Shown here: piece after piece, positions 39,572-49,947 of the stretch
Position numbering within the stretch: the first letter of the stretch is position 1
Layout of the letters: every line of letters starts with the position of its first letter
Source: Acidobacteriota bacterium
Lineage (GTDB): Bacteria; Acidobacteriota; UBA6911; RPQK01; JAJDTT01
Assembly (NCBI GenBank): GCA_965263035.1
Contig: OZ253580.1
Span: forward strand, 2,368,001 to 2,432,000
DNA length: 64,000 nucleotides
Direction: 5' to 3'
Program-made: the position numbers and the translations under genes
Notes under the pieces: model-generated
The model's input: the letters and a program-made list of their open reading frames with translations, nothing else
Databases searched by the model: none
Told to the model about the DNA's origin: nothing

Positions 39572-40801
39572 CTACGTGGCTTCTCGCTCATGCAGGTGGA
39601 GCCAGACATTGGAAATCAATCCCAGCACGCCGAGGAGGGAGGAGATGCCGAAGACCCACGAACCCAGACCGGATCGGCTGAAGAGCCAGGCGCCCACCAG
39701 GGGCGCTGCCAGACCCCGGAAGCCGGTGAGGGCCACGTGGACGGTATTGTACAGGACCACCTGCCGGGGACGGGCGAAGTAGAGCGACCCGGTGGTCCAG
39801 ACGATCTGGTTCCCGCTGCTGGTCACCCCCTGGATCAGGCTGCCCACCAGGAAGGGCCAGACCAGCAGGTGGAGCCCCCCGAAACAGTAGAGGGCGTTGA
39901 CGGCGGCCATGAAGCAACTGAAGACGGCGCGCCCCTGCATGGGATTCACCCGGTCCAGGAAGCGGCCCCACAGAGGAGAGGAGAGGGGCTGGAGGACCTG
40001 GGGCAGGACCGCCACGGCCAATCCCATCGCCCACACCGGTGCGTCGAGGGATTCCCGCATGACCTCGGCCACCAGCACCATGGACATGAAGTTCCCCCAA
40101 CCCGTGGAGAAGAAGGCGGCCTGGTACAAGAGGAAGCTCCGGTCCGAAAGAAGGACCTTGAGTCCGTCCCTCAGCGCAGTGGAGTACCGGATGGAACCGT
40201 CGGACAGGGACTCCGCCCGGGCCGGGATCCGGATCTTGCCGTAACACCAGGCGGAGCCGATCAGGAGCACTCCGACCACAACGTAGACGAGCCCGTAGAG
40301 AGCGTTTCCGGCATCGATGAGCCAAGTCCCCGCCACGGTGGCCAATCCGCCCGCGACGAACGCGATTCCCTTGAGCGAGCCCACGGCCAGAGACCGGTGG
40401 GAGTCCGGGTAGAAGATCCGATAGAGGCTCATCTCCGTGAGGCGAGTGGGTACGGCCATCAGGTAGGCCAGGCTCACCAGGAGGACGAATGCCGTTGCGC
40501 CGGATACCAGGGCCACGCCGGCCAGGGCCACGCCGGCCGCCATGTTGGGCCAGACCACCAGGCGTTGGAGACCGGCCAGGCGGCCCAAATAGGCCCATCC
40601 GGGAGCCAGCAGCCCCGACATGCCCCAGATGCATCCCAGCACCGTCAATTGCCAGAGCTCTCCGTCCAGAACGGTCTTGAGGACGACCCAACTCAGCGGC
40701 AGCAGGGCGACGAAAGCTCCCCGCCCGATGCTGTAGAGGCTCTCGTAGTAGAGAGCCGGACGGCTGCGGTAGGGGACGGTCCGGAGGTAGCGCCGGAGCA
40801 T
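39572..40801 (-). CDS. MFS transporter
   Basis: About 12 hydrophobic segments; WGRFLDRV motif-A-like. Confidence 0.75.
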   Translation of the reverse strand: MLRRYLRTVPYRSRPALYYESLYSIGRGAFVALLPLSWVVLKTVLDGELWQLTVLGCIWGMSGLLAPGWAYLGRLAGLQRLVVWPNMAAGVALAGVALVSGATAFVLLVSLAYLMAVPTRLTEMSLYRIFYPDSHRSLAVGSLKGIAFVAGGLATVAGTWLIDAGNALYGLVYVVVGVLLIGSAWCYGKIRIPARAESLSDGSIRYSTALRDGLKVLLSDRSFLLYQAAFFSTGWGNFMSMVLVAEVMRESLDAPVWAMGLAVAVLPQVLQPLSSPLWGRFLDRVNPMQGRAVFSCFMAAVNALYCFGGLHLLVWPFLVGSLIQGVTSSGNQIVWTTGSLYFARPRQVVLYNTVHVALTGFRGLAAPLVGAWLFSRSGLGSWVFGISSLLGVLGLISNVWLHLHEREAT

Positions 40802-40814
40802 GAACCGGAGAATA

Positions 40815-40978
40815 CAGGAAAGAGGAAAGAGGCAAGAGAAAATAGGAAAGCTCCCTCACCGGCCGGGCTCCGGAGGATTCATGGAAGAAACAAGCCTTCG
40901 AACCAATCTGGCTCCAGAATCCTTAACCAGATCGTTTTCGGTAGAGGTGCCCGCTACGCGCCTTTCCTCCACTCTTCT
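40815..40978 (-). repeat. Unclassified element B, copy 2
   Basis: Reverse complement of the copy 1 core with 3 substitutions and an 11-bp loss between CGCGTAG repeats; heptamer arms present. Confidence 0.8.
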
Positions 40979-40987
40979 AAGAAACAA

Positions 40988-41057
40988 GGAGGGGCGACTT
41001 CCAGTCGCCCATTCCTCCATGCTCCACCGGAGTTCGGCGGTTGGAAACCGCCGCTCC
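40988..41057. repeat. REP-like palindrome doublet
   Basis: GGAGGGGCGACTTCCAGTCGCCC ... GGCGGTTGGAAACCGCCGCTCC; same layout as 4138-4208. Confidence 0.75.
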
Positions 41058-41160
41058 TACCCTTTTTCTGCTGGGTGTCCGCCGGACCGGGCCGGTGGGG
41101 GAGCTTTTCTCTTTCCTCGGGTCTTTCCGGGGAGGATCTTAGTCGATAGGATTAGGTGGC

Positions 41161-42363
41161 ATGAGAAGAGGCCTTTTCATCGCATGTTCAGTGTTGATCT
41201 TGACGGTTTCGGTTGCGGTCTCGGCAGAGCGGCACAAAGTCGTGGCTCCGCCGGGGACGGGGATGGGACTGCCCTTCAGTCCGGCAATCGAGGCGGACGG
41301 ATTTCTCTATCTGTCCGGCGCCTTGGGAAATACGCCGGGGACCCGCGAGGTCAAGGGAGCTATCCAGGTTCAGACTCGCCAGACCCTGGAGAATCTGGGA
41401 GCCGTGCTGAAGGCGGCGGGCATGAGCTTCGCCGACGTGGTCAGCGCCAACGTGTTCCTTTCGGACACCCGTCTCTTTCGATCGTTCAACGAAGTCTACC
41501 GGGAGTATTTTCCCGAGAATCCGCCGGCGCGGGCCACCGTGGAAGGGGCCATCGTCTTCCCCAAGGCGGTGGTGGAGATCTCCCTGGTGGCCGCGCGGCC
41601 CGAACGGGGGAAGACCATCGTCACGCCGAGCGGATGGAAGCGGCCGGGTTCCCCATACAGTTGGGGAGTGCTGGCCGGGGACACCCTGTTCGTCTCGGGC
41701 ATCATCAGCAGCGATCCCGTCACCGGGGAGTCCAGGTCCGGCGACACCGCGGCCCAGACCCGCACCGTGCTGGAGAACGTCGGAGCCATCCTGCGGGAGG
41801 CCGGCATGGACTATGGGGACGTGGTCTCCTCCAAGGTCTTTCTGGCGGATTCCCGCGATTTTTCCGAAATGAACCGGGTCTACCGCTCCTTCTTCCCCAA
41901 GGCCCCCCCGGCCCGGGCCACCAGCCAGGCCAGACTCATGCATAAGGATTGGAAGGTGGAGATCCAGTGCGCCGCCGTTCGGGGAGGCTCCCGGCAGGTG
42001 GTGGCCGCGGCGGGCGAACCCCTTCCGGCCAGTCCCTATTCGCCGGGAATCCGAGTCGGGGGCCGGCTCTACCTGGCGGGCATGGTGGGCCGGGGAAAGA
42101 CCGGTTGGGCGGATGGGATCGAGGCCCAGACCCGGCAAACCCTGGAGAATCTCCGTGCAGTCCTGACCCAGGCGGGACTGGAGTTCGGCCACGTGGTGGA
42201 AGCCAACGTGTATCTGTCCGACATCCGCTACTACGGCCAGATGAATCAGGTCTACAAGACGGTCTTCCCCGGAGCGCCGCCAGCCCGGGCCACCTTCGGC
42301 TCGGTACTGATGTCTCCCGACGCCCTGGTGGAGATCATGATGACGGCACACAAGACGCCGTAG
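41161..42363 (+). CDS. Secreted triple-domain RidA (YjgF/YER057c/UK114) protein
   Basis: Signal peptide; three repeats of PxS..LxLSG..QTRxxLEN..PPARAT..VEI. Confidence 0.85.
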   Translation: MRRGLFIACSVLILTVSVAVSAERHKVVAPPGTGMGLPFSPAIEADGFLYLSGALGNTPGTREVKGAIQVQTRQTLENLGAVLKAAGMSFADVVSANVFLSDTRLFRSFNEVYREYFPENPPARATVEGAIVFPKAVVEISLVAARPERGKTIVTPSGWKRPGSPYSWGVLAGDTLFVSGIISSDPVTGESRSGDTAAQTRTVLENVGAILREAGMDYGDVVSSKVFLADSRDFSEMNRVYRSFFPKAPPARATSQARLMHKDWKVEIQCAAVRGGSRQVVAAAGEPLPASPYSPGIRVGGRLYLAGMVGRGKTGWADGIEAQTRQTLENLRAVLTQAGLEFGHVVEANVYLSDIRYYGQMNQVYKTVFPGAPPARATFGSVLMSPDALVEIMMTAHKTP

Positions 42364-42420
42364 GGGACTTCGCTGGAGGGCGTCCAAGCGAAGCGAAACT
42401 CACGTCTCGCGAGGTGACAG

Positions 42421-43038
42421 GTGCAAGCGACCATCCTCTCCTTCTCCGGCAAGCAGGATCTTCTGGAAGGCTTGGTGGACGCCGGCGCCATCCTGTTGGG
42501 AGCCGAAGTGGAGCGCCGCTATGGCTTGCGGACTCCCGTCTTCATCGATCTCCGAACCGCCCTCTACACCGATCTGGCCCTCTTCTCCCTCCTGGGATCC
42601 AGTTTCGCCCGGATCCTGGAGCGATGGTCGACCCCCGGGACGCCCCAACAGGTGATCGGAGTCCCTGACACCGGCATCCCTTTAGCCACGGCGGCCTCCC
42701 TGGCCAGTTTCCGGAAAGGCCGGGAGCCCTTCATTACCCTCTCGGTGTTGCGAAAGCAGGCCCGGATCTACCCTGGCGAGATCGTCTCCGAGTTCGTCGG
42801 CAGGTCCGACCCGAGCCGGGAGGCCAACCTGATCGACGACGTCGTCGCCTCGGGAGGCAGCCTCCGGAGAGCAGTGACACGACTGAAGGAATCCGAGATC
42901 GCAGTCGGGCGCATCGTGGTCTGCGTCGACCGGGAGCAGGGGGGCGTCGACGCTCTGGCCGACCTGGGGATTCCAATCTACGCCCTGTTCAATCTCGCGG
43001 AGATCGGAGCCTTTTGTAAGGAGCGGAAGCTGATCTGA
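42421..43038 (+). CDS. pyrE: Orotate phosphoribosyltransferase-like protein
   Basis: TPVFIDLR, GVPDTGIPLAT, LIDDVVASGGS PRPP loop, VDREQGG. Confidence 0.65.
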   Translation: MQATILSFSGKQDLLEGLVDAGAILLGAEVERRYGLRTPVFIDLRTALYTDLALFSLLGSSFARILERWSTPGTPQQVIGVPDTGIPLATAASLASFRKGREPFITLSVLRKQARIYPGEIVSEFVGRSDPSREANLIDDVVASGGSLRRAVTRLKESEIAVGRIVVCVDREQGGVDALADLGIPIYALFNLAEIGAFCKERKLI

Positions 43039-43140
43039 CGAACAGAATCGAATGCTTGTCCTTCAACCGCTCAGTCCATGATTCAGCCCTATTTGCCGGC
43101 GCGTGGCAAGAACCCCCAGGACCTGCCGGCTACAACGAAC

Positions 43141-43782
43141 TCATTCCGTTTTCCGTTGAAGGCGCTTCCAGTCGGCGGGTGTGTTCACGTTGAGGAAACC
43201 CTCATCCGGCAGATTCCATTCGACGGCAGACAGGACGTGAATCCGCAAATCTTTCGATTCCAACACGGAGTCGACCCGACGGGCGCCGGCTTCCAGGAAG
43301 CTTCGGATCGGGTCCACGGCAATGCGGGAATAGTAGGCGCACAGGGGATGGAGCCCGCCCTTGGAGTCCCGGGGAACCACCACGTCGAAATCGCAGCCGA
43401 CCTTGGCCAGAACCCGGTAGAGCCGGGGGGAGACCAAGGGCGTGTCGCAGGGAATGAAATAGTTGTCCCGGGAACGGGATGCGGTCAATGCGGTGAATAC
43501 CGCCGCCAGGGGACCCGCCCCGGAAACCCGGTCCACCAGCACGGGCAGGCCCAAGCTCCGGAACCGCTCTCGGGAGTCGGCCACGATCCTGACGGGCAGG
43601 CCCACCGACTCCAGACAGCGCCGCGAGACCTCGATCAGGGAGGATCCCCGGTAGCGCAGGAAGGCCTTGTCCCGCCCCAGCCGCCCGCTCTTCCCGCCGG
43701 CCAGGATGAATCCCTCACCGTCCAGGGGGAACTCAGGCAATTCCAGATCGGTCGATCGGCTTATCCTGGAGTCACCGGCCAT
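43141..43782 (-). CDS. mobA: Molybdenum cofactor guanylyltransferase
   Basis: ILAGGKSGRLGRDKA, GPLAA, PCDTP, HPLCAYY, FLNVNTPAD. Confidence 0.88.
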   Translation of the reverse strand: MAGDSRISRSTDLELPEFPLDGEGFILAGGKSGRLGRDKAFLRYRGSSLIEVSRRCLESVGLPVRIVADSRERFRSLGLPVLVDRVSGAGPLAAVFTALTASRSRDNYFIPCDTPLVSPRLYRVLAKVGCDFDVVVPRDSKGGLHPLCAYYSRIAVDPIRSFLEAGARRVDSVLESKDLRIHVLSAVEWNLPDEGFLNVNTPADWKRLQRKTE

Positions 43783-43863
43783 GGGAGAATCACCAAATTG
43801 AATTGCCGGCCACGGCGCAACGCAGAACTATCACCACCGGCTGTTAGGATATTGCACCAATTC

Positions 43864-45120
43864 ATGCGCCGATACTCCCACTGTAGTGCCATCTTCATGT
43901 TCCTCGCCTTGACCGGCGCGGCCCTGACCACCGTTTACGGCGAACTCCTGTTGAGGCCGGTCGATCCCCGGGAAGTAGGAGTCTCCCCGCAGAGACTCGA
44001 GAAGCTGGACACGATCACACTGGAGCACATTGAAAAGAAGCAGTTTCCGGGCGCGGTCATTCTCGTTGCCCGAAAAGGGGGCATCGTCTACCGGAAGGCC
44101 TTCGGCGATCGAACCGTCTCCCCGAGCCGCTCGCCCATGGAAGTGGAGACCATCTTCGACATCGCCTCCCTGACCAAGATCGTTCCCACGGCCGCCTCCA
44201 TCATGATCCTGGTGGAGGAAGGCCGCCTCTCCCTTTCCGAACCGGTCTCCAAGCACCTCAACCGATTTTCCCAATATGGCAAGCATCGGGTCACCGCGCG
44301 CCAGCTCCTGACCCATTACTCGGGACTGCGTCCCAGTCTGGATCTGAAGACTAAATGGTCCGGGTATGAGACGGCCGTGGCCCGAGCCTGCCGGGAGCGA
44401 TTGGCGACCCGGCCGGGAGCGCGTTTCAGATACAGCGACATCAACTACGTGGTTCTCGGCGAGCTGGTGAGGGTCATCTCGGGAGACCATCTGGACGCGT
44501 TCTCGCGGAAACGGGTCTTCGAGCCGCTGGGAATGAAGGACACCTCCTTCATTCCAGGGAAACGGATGAATTCCAGGATCGCTCCCACGGAACGGCATGA
44601 GGGAAAGCTCCTTCACGGCAGGGTCCACGACCCGACCGCTGCCCGCATGGGAGGGTGCGCCGGACATGCCGGGGTCTTCTCCACCGCCGACGATCTGGCC
44701 CGTTACGGGCAGATGATCCTTAACGGCGGCGTCTACGACGGCAGGCGAATCCTTTCTCCGCTCGCGGTCCTGCAAATGACCTCGCCCCAGTCTCCAACCG
44801 GAAAGGCGGTGCTGCGCGGCCTGGGATTCGACATCCACAGCCGATTCCATGCTCCCCGCGGCGACCTCTTCCCCGTGGGATCCTTCGGCCACAGCGGCTT
44901 CACTGGATGTTCCCTGTGGATCGACCCCTACACGGAGACGTTGGTGGTGATCATGACCAGCCGGCTCCATCCCAACGGGCGCGGCGACGCGGTGCCTTTC
45001 CGCAAGCGGGTAGCTTCAATCGTGGGCGCCTCGATTGTCGACCGGGTCCCGATTCAAGCCATCCGATCAACCCTCTGGAGCGGGCCCGCCACGTCCTCAG
45101 CCGTCAGCCGAACTCGCTGA
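43864..45120 (+). CDS. Serine hydrolase, beta-lactamase class C-like
   Basis: FDIASLTK (SxxK), LLTHYSGL, YSDINY, VHDPTA, GHAGVFS, GHSGFTG. Confidence 0.88.
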   Translation: MRRYSHCSAIFMFLALTGAALTTVYGELLLRPVDPREVGVSPQRLEKLDTITLEHIEKKQFPGAVILVARKGGIVYRKAFGDRTVSPSRSPMEVETIFDIASLTKIVPTAASIMILVEEGRLSLSEPVSKHLNRFSQYGKHRVTARQLLTHYSGLRPSLDLKTKWSGYETAVARACRERLATRPGARFRYSDINYVVLGELVRVISGDHLDAFSRKRVFEPLGMKDTSFIPGKRMNSRIAPTERHEGKLLHGRVHDPTAARMGGCAGHAGVFSTADDLARYGQMILNGGVYDGRRILSPLAVLQMTSPQSPTGKAVLRGLGFDIHSRFHAPRGDLFPVGSFGHSGFTGCSLWIDPYTETLVVIMTSRLHPNGRGDAVPFRKRVASIVGASIVDRVPIQAIRSTLWSGPATSSAVSRTR

Positions 45121-46741
45121 ATCCTCGGGGAATCCGGACGTCGATCAAGGTGGTCCGATCGGATCCGACGGCCTCCTCCAGGGCCGGCAGCAGTTCCGCC
45201 AGAGTGTCCACCCGCGCTCCGGCGATGCCGTAACCTTCTGCAATCTTCACGAAATCGGGGTTGACCAGATCGGTTCCCAGGTACCTGCCGCCGTAACTGT
45301 TCTTCTGCATCCACTTCAAGACACCCCAGGCCTCGTCGTTGAAGAGGACGACGGTCAGGTTCAATCCATATTGGACGGAGGTGGCCAACTCGGCCATGCA
45401 GTACTGGAACCCGCCGTCCCCCGAAAAGCAGACCACGGGGGTTCCCGGATTGGCCGCCTTGGCGCCCAGGGCGGCCGGGAAGGAGAAACCGATGCCGACC
45501 CAGCCGTAGGGGTTCAGGAAGGTGCGGGGCGAATAGACCTGGAAGGCACGGCTGGCGCGGCTGGCGGGGACGGTCGTGTCCCAAGTGGTGATGGTCTCCC
45601 GGGGCAGCACACTCCGGATGGCTTCCATGGCCCGAGTCTCGGCCGGCCACTCGCGCCGGAGCTCGGTGTGGATACTCCGTTTGAGGCTCCGGATCTCCTC
45701 CCGGTAGCCGGTTCCGGTGGAGAGGTCCTGCCCCTGGATCCGCTCCAGGATCTGACCCGCCACGGCGCCGCCGTCGGCCAGAACACCCAGGCTGACGGGA
45801 TAGTTCCGTCCCAGGTAGTCCGGGTCCAAAACCACCTGCACCAGTTGTTCCGGGAATCGGATCCCGAGCTGCACCGTGCTGCGATGGATGAGGCCGGACC
45901 CCAAAGCCAGCACCAGGTCACACTCCGGGATGAAATCGTGCACCGGGTTCCGGGCCCAGATCCGCTGTCCCAGGCAGGTGCCCAGGGAGAGGGGGTGGTC
46001 CTCCGGGAACGCGTCCTTGGCGCCGTCTCCAGTGACGACCGGGGCCCCCAGAGCCTCGGCCAGGAGGATCAGCGTCCCGTGGGCGCCGGAATGGGACAGC
46101 TCCTCACCGGCCCAGATCAGGGGCCGCTCGGCCCGCCGCAGGGCGGTCAGGATCTGCTCCAGTTCCTCCTCGCCGGTTCCCGGCGGTTCGGGGAGAGGCG
46201 GAAGGTCACCGCCCGGGCTGCAGGGAGCTCCCAGAAGATCGGTGGGGAACTGGAGGACTGCGGGGCGCCGGCGCCCTGAGGACAGTGCCGCGAAAGCCTC
46301 GTCCACGGCCGGGGCCAGGGTCTGGGCATCCTCCACGCGGCGAGCGTGGCCGGTCACCGAGCGGAGCATCCGGAACTGCTGCTTGGGTTCATGGATCAGG
46401 CCCAGACCTGTTTCCCGCTCACCTCGCCCGACGGTGGTGGTCAAATGCAACACGGGAGAACTGGAGTGATATGCCTCTCCCACCGAGTGCATGGAGTTGG
46501 CCGCACCGGGCCCCGTGCTGGTGACCAGAATGCCGGGCCGGCCGCTGGAGCGGGCGTACCCGTCGGCCATGAAACCGCACGCCAGCTCCGAGCGGCCCCC
46601 AATGTGGCGCACCCGATCCTGATAGCGGTGGAGGGCGTCGAAGATATTCAGGTTATGGATGGAGATGATGCCGAATAGGAGGTCCACCTTGTGGTGCGCC
46701 AAACGCTCCACAAGTACCTCGCCGCCGGTCCTGTTGGCCAT
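45104..46741 (-). CDS. Thiamine-pyrophosphate-binding protein (acetolactate-synthase-like)
   Basis: SELACGFMADGYAR, TGPGAAN, GDGGFQY...FND. Confidence 0.85.
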   Translation of the reverse strand: MANRTGGEVLVERLAHHKVDLLFGIISIHNLNIFDALHRYQDRVRHIGGRSELACGFMADGYARSSGRPGILVTSTGPGAANSMHSVGEAYHSSSPVLHLTTTVGRGERETGLGLIHEPKQQFRMLRSVTGHARRVEDAQTLAPAVDEAFAALSSGRRRPAVLQFPTDLLGAPCSPGGDLPPLPEPPGTGEEELEQILTALRRAERPLIWAGEELSHSGAHGTLILLAEALGAPVVTGDGAKDAFPEDHPLSLGTCLGQRIWARNPVHDFIPECDLVLALGSGLIHRSTVQLGIRFPEQLVQVVLDPDYLGRNYPVSLGVLADGGAVAGQILERIQGQDLSTGTGYREEIRSLKRSIHTELRREWPAETRAMEAIRSVLPRETITTWDTTVPASRASRAFQVYSPRTFLNPYGWVGIGFSFPAALGAKAANPGTPVVCFSGDGGFQYCMAELATSVQYGLNLTVVLFNDEAWGVLKWMQKNSYGGRYLGTDLVNPDFVKIAEGYGIAGARVDTLAELLPALEEAVGSDRTTLIDVRIPRGFSEFG

Positions 46742-46873
46742 CTCAGGTGTCCGAACTCACGGGTCGGTGAAAGAAGCCGCCACCGCCGCCGACCGGCCGC
46801 GAATCGCGGCGGAGGGTGTTTTCCCCGGGGTTCGGGCAACGGGATGCGAAGCGGGCGACCACAGGGGTCGCCC

Positions 46874-47932
46874 CTATTCCTCGGACTGGCGCTCGGGGCG
46901 AAGCTCCCGGACCACCTTGCCGATCCGCCACATCTCCGACTCCTCGACCTCCTTCAGCTCCCGGGTGAGACCCTCCCGGTAGTCGGCGGCACGATTGGCG
47001 GCCAGAACCCGGCGAGTTTCGTCCCCGCGAGCCACCTTGTCGTAGAGTTCCTCGAAGAGCGGGACGTTGGCGTCCCGAAAGCGCTTGAACCAATCCAGAG
47101 CGCCCCGTTGGGCCGTGGTGGAGCAGTTGGCGTACATCCAGTCCATCCCGTTCTCGGCGATGAGGGGATAGAGGCTCTGGGTGGCCTCCTCCACGGTCTC
47201 GTTGAAGGCCTCCTGGGGACTGTGGCCTCGAGCCCGCAGGACCTCGTACTGAGCCAGCCAGAGTCCGTAGATGGCTCCCATCAGGACCCCCCGCTCACCC
47301 GTCAGGTCGCTGTAGACCTCCTTCTTGAAGTCGGTCTCGAAAAGGAACCCGGACCCGATGGCGATTCCCAGAGCCAGACAGCGCTCCCGGGCGCGGCCCG
47401 TATAGTCCTGCTCCACGGCGTAGCTGGCATTGATCCCCCGGCCCTCGAGGAAGAGCCGCCTCACGGTGGTCCCGGAGCCTTTGGGCGCCACCAGGATGAC
47501 GTCGATGTCGGGCGGCGGAACCACTCCGGTCTGGTCGTTGTAGGTGAGGGCGAAGCCGTGGGAAAAGCAGAGGGCGTCGCCCGGCTTGAAGTGGGGCTTG
47601 ATATTGGCCCACTGCTGTCCCTGGCCGGCGTCGCTCAACAGGTACATGACCAGCGTGGACCGCTCCACCACCTCGGTGATGTCCTCGATCAGGTTGACGC
47701 CCGGCACCCAGCCGTCCTCGACCGCCTTCTCCCAGCCATTGCCGCCGCGGCGCTGCCCGACGATCACCTCGATCCCGTTGTCTCGGCAATTCAGGGACTG
47801 GCCATGGCCTTGAGGACCGTATCCGATAACGCCGACGCGCTCGCGACCCAGGATCTCCCGGACCTTTTCCATGGGGTAGTCGCTGCGTTCGATCACGTCC
47901 TCGACATAGTCGCCGATCTGGATTCTTCTCAT
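46874..47932 (-). CDS. ilvC: Ketol-acid reductoisomerase
   Basis: IGYGPQG, LLSDAGQ, FSHGF, VAPKGSG, SDLTGERGVLMG, NCSTTAQRGALDW. Confidence 0.95.
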   Translation of the reverse strand: MRRIQIGDYVEDVIERSDYPMEKVREILGRERVGVIGYGPQGHGQSLNCRDNGIEVIVGQRRGGNGWEKAVEDGWVPGVNLIEDITEVVERSTLVMYLLSDAGQGQQWANIKPHFKPGDALCFSHGFALTYNDQTGVVPPPDIDVILVAPKGSGTTVRRLFLEGRGINASYAVEQDYTGRARERCLALGIAIGSGFLFETDFKKEVYSDLTGERGVLMGAIYGLWLAQYEVLRARGHSPQEAFNETVEEATQSLYPLIAENGMDWMYANCSTTAQRGALDWFKRFRDANVPLFEELYDKVARGDETRRVLAANRAADYREGLTRELKEVEESEMWRIGKVVRELRPERQSEE

Positions 47933-48064
47933 GATTCCCTCTTTTCGGAAGATTCGATATCCTTCGCTTGCTCAGCAGGATGACGGAGCGAGTTTATACC
48001 AGATCCTGCGAAGCCGGCTCAACAAACCCGGGACCAGGATCCCGCGGACGGCCAAGGAGAGTTC

Positions 48065-48415
48065 ATGGAGATCAGACAGGTTTGGGACCTGACCCGGTTT
48101 CGTCCCGAGAAAATGCAAAAGGTCAACCTCTTCGAGAGCCCCCGGATGTTCTGCGACATCTACTGCCTCGAGCCGGGCCAGGAGCAGAAGGTTCACGCCC
48201 ACCACGGGAACGACAAGATCTACCATGTGCTGAAGGGGCGCGGCCGCTTCACCGTGGGCGAGGAAACCCGTACCCTGGAGGAAGGTGAGACCACCTGGGC
48301 CCCGTCCGGGGAGCCCCACGGCGTGCTCAACCACTCGGCGGAGCCGCTGGTCTGCCTGGTCTTCATGGCGCCTCACCCCAAACCGGACCGATTCAGCCCG
48401 GCGGGTGAAGATTGA
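48065..48415 (+). CDS. Cupin domain protein
   Basis: PGQEQKVHAH..KIYHVLKG..G; PHGVLN; MAPHP. Confidence 0.85.
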   Translation: MEIRQVWDLTRFRPEKMQKVNLFESPRMFCDIYCLEPGQEQKVHAHHGNDKIYHVLKGRGRFTVGEETRTLEEGETTWAPSGEPHGVLNHSAEPLVCLVFMAPHPKPDRFSPAGED

Positions 48416-48418
48416 GAA

Positions 48419-49903
48419 ATGCTCTGCCGATCCCTGCCCCTTTCCTCTGACCCCGCGGCGCTGTACGCCCGGCTGGGCCGGACCTGCGGCCCCTGGGTGG
48501 TTCTGGACAGCGGATGGGATCCGGGAGGCGCCAGCGTCGGCCGCCTCTCCCGGTTCTGCATCTGCGCCACCGATCCCTTCGCCGTTCTTACCGCCCGCGG
48601 AGGCCGGGCGGTCCTGACCTGGAAAGACGGGTACTGCGAACGTGGATCGACCCTTTCCCTCCTCCGGGACGTTCTGAGACGCTTCCGGCTCCCGCACGCG
48701 AATTGGCCGACCCCCTTTCCGGCGGGGGCCATGGGATACGTCGGTTATGAGCTCGGGGCGCTCATGGAGCCGGCTTTCGGTGCACTATCGGGATCGGACG
48801 AAGAGACGGACCTGCCCGATCTCTGGCTGGGTTTGTTCGATTCCGCCGTGACCATCGACCTGGAGCGGGAACGGATCCTGCTCACGGCCACCGGCCAGCC
48901 CGATGCCGGCGCCCGAGCCCGCCAACGGGAGGAAACCCGGATTCGTGAGCTGACCGCGGCAGTCGAATCCGCGGGAACCGACCCGATGGAACTCCTCAGT
49001 CCAGGACCGCCGGCACCCGCCGCCGGGAACGGCTTCGATTCGAACTTCACTCCCGCCGCGTTCGCCGGAGCCGTCAACCGGATCAAGGAATTCATCTCCG
49101 CAGGAGACATCTACCAGGCCAACCTCTCCCAACGCTTCCGGACACGATACGAGGGGGATCCCTTCCGGCTCTTCCTGGGACTTCGGCACACGTCCCCCGC
49201 TCCCTTCTCCGCCTTCCTGGACGGTGGAGACTTCACCGTGGTCAGCATGTCCCCGGAACGCTTCCTTCACCTGGACCCGGAGACGCGCCGGGTCGAGACC
49301 CGTCCCATCAAGGGCACTCGTCCACGCGGGAGAACCGAGGCCGAGGACCGTTTCCTGGCCCGAGAGCTCGTCCAGAGCGAGAAGGACCGGGCCGAGCACA
49401 TTATGATCGTGGACTTGGAGCGGAACGATCTGGGAAGGGTGGCCCAAGTGGGCACGGTCCAGGTCCGAGAGCTGTCGCTGCTGGAAACCTTTCCCACGCT
49501 GTTTCACCTGACCTCGACGGTGGAGGGGGTCCTGGCTCCCGGCCACGACCGTGTAGACCTCCTGAAGGCCACCTTCCCCGGAGGCTCCATCACCGGAGCT
49601 CCCAAGATCCGGGCCATGCAGGTGATCGACGAGTTGGAAACCGTTCGGCGGGGGATCTACACCGGGTCCCTTGGGTACCTCAGCTTCAGCGGCGGAATGG
49701 ATCTGAATATCGCCATTCGCACGATCGTTCTCCAAGCGGGCCGGGCGGAGTTTCACGTGGGGGCCGGAATCGTCGCCGACAGCGATCCGGAAGGGGAATA
49801 CCAGGAGACGCTGCTCAAGGGCCGGTCCCTGCGGGAGGCGCTGGGAAATGTCGAGGCGCCGTGGAAGAGCGGCTTTCCAGTCGCCCCCAGCAGCCCGTGG
49901 TAA
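48419..49903 (+). CDS. pabB: Aminodeoxychorismate synthase component I
   Basis: GYVGYE, GDIYQANL, SPERF, PIKGT (PabB-diagnostic), MIVDLERNDL, FPGGSITGAPK. Confidence 0.88.
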   Translation: MLCRSLPLSSDPAALYARLGRTCGPWVVLDSGWDPGGASVGRLSRFCICATDPFAVLTARGGRAVLTWKDGYCERGSTLSLLRDVLRRFRLPHANWPTPFPAGAMGYVGYELGALMEPAFGALSGSDEETDLPDLWLGLFDSAVTIDLERERILLTATGQPDAGARARQREETRIRELTAAVESAGTDPMELLSPGPPAPAAGNGFDSNFTPAAFAGAVNRIKEFISAGDIYQANLSQRFRTRYEGDPFRLFLGLRHTSPAPFSAFLDGGDFTVVSMSPERFLHLDPETRRVETRPIKGTRPRGRTEAEDRFLARELVQSEKDRAEHIMIVDLERNDLGRVAQVGTVQVRELSLLETFPTLFHLTSTVEGVLAPGHDRVDLLKATFPGGSITGAPKIRAMQVIDELETVRRGIYTGSLGYLSFSGGMDLNIAIRTIVLQAGRAEFHVGAGIVADSDPEGEYQETLLKGRSLREALGNVEAPWKSGFPVAPSSPW

Positions 49904-49947
49904 AAGTCGTCACTGCATTCGACCGTCCCTGCATCGTGCGCGGACTG
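49891..49947 (-). mobile_element. 57-bp mini-derivative of MITE family C
   Basis: CAGCCCGTGGTAAAAGTC...CGCGGACTG equals the reverse complement of the right third of 55117-55274 and 58257-58416; flanks CCAG/CTAG. Confidence 0.75.
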
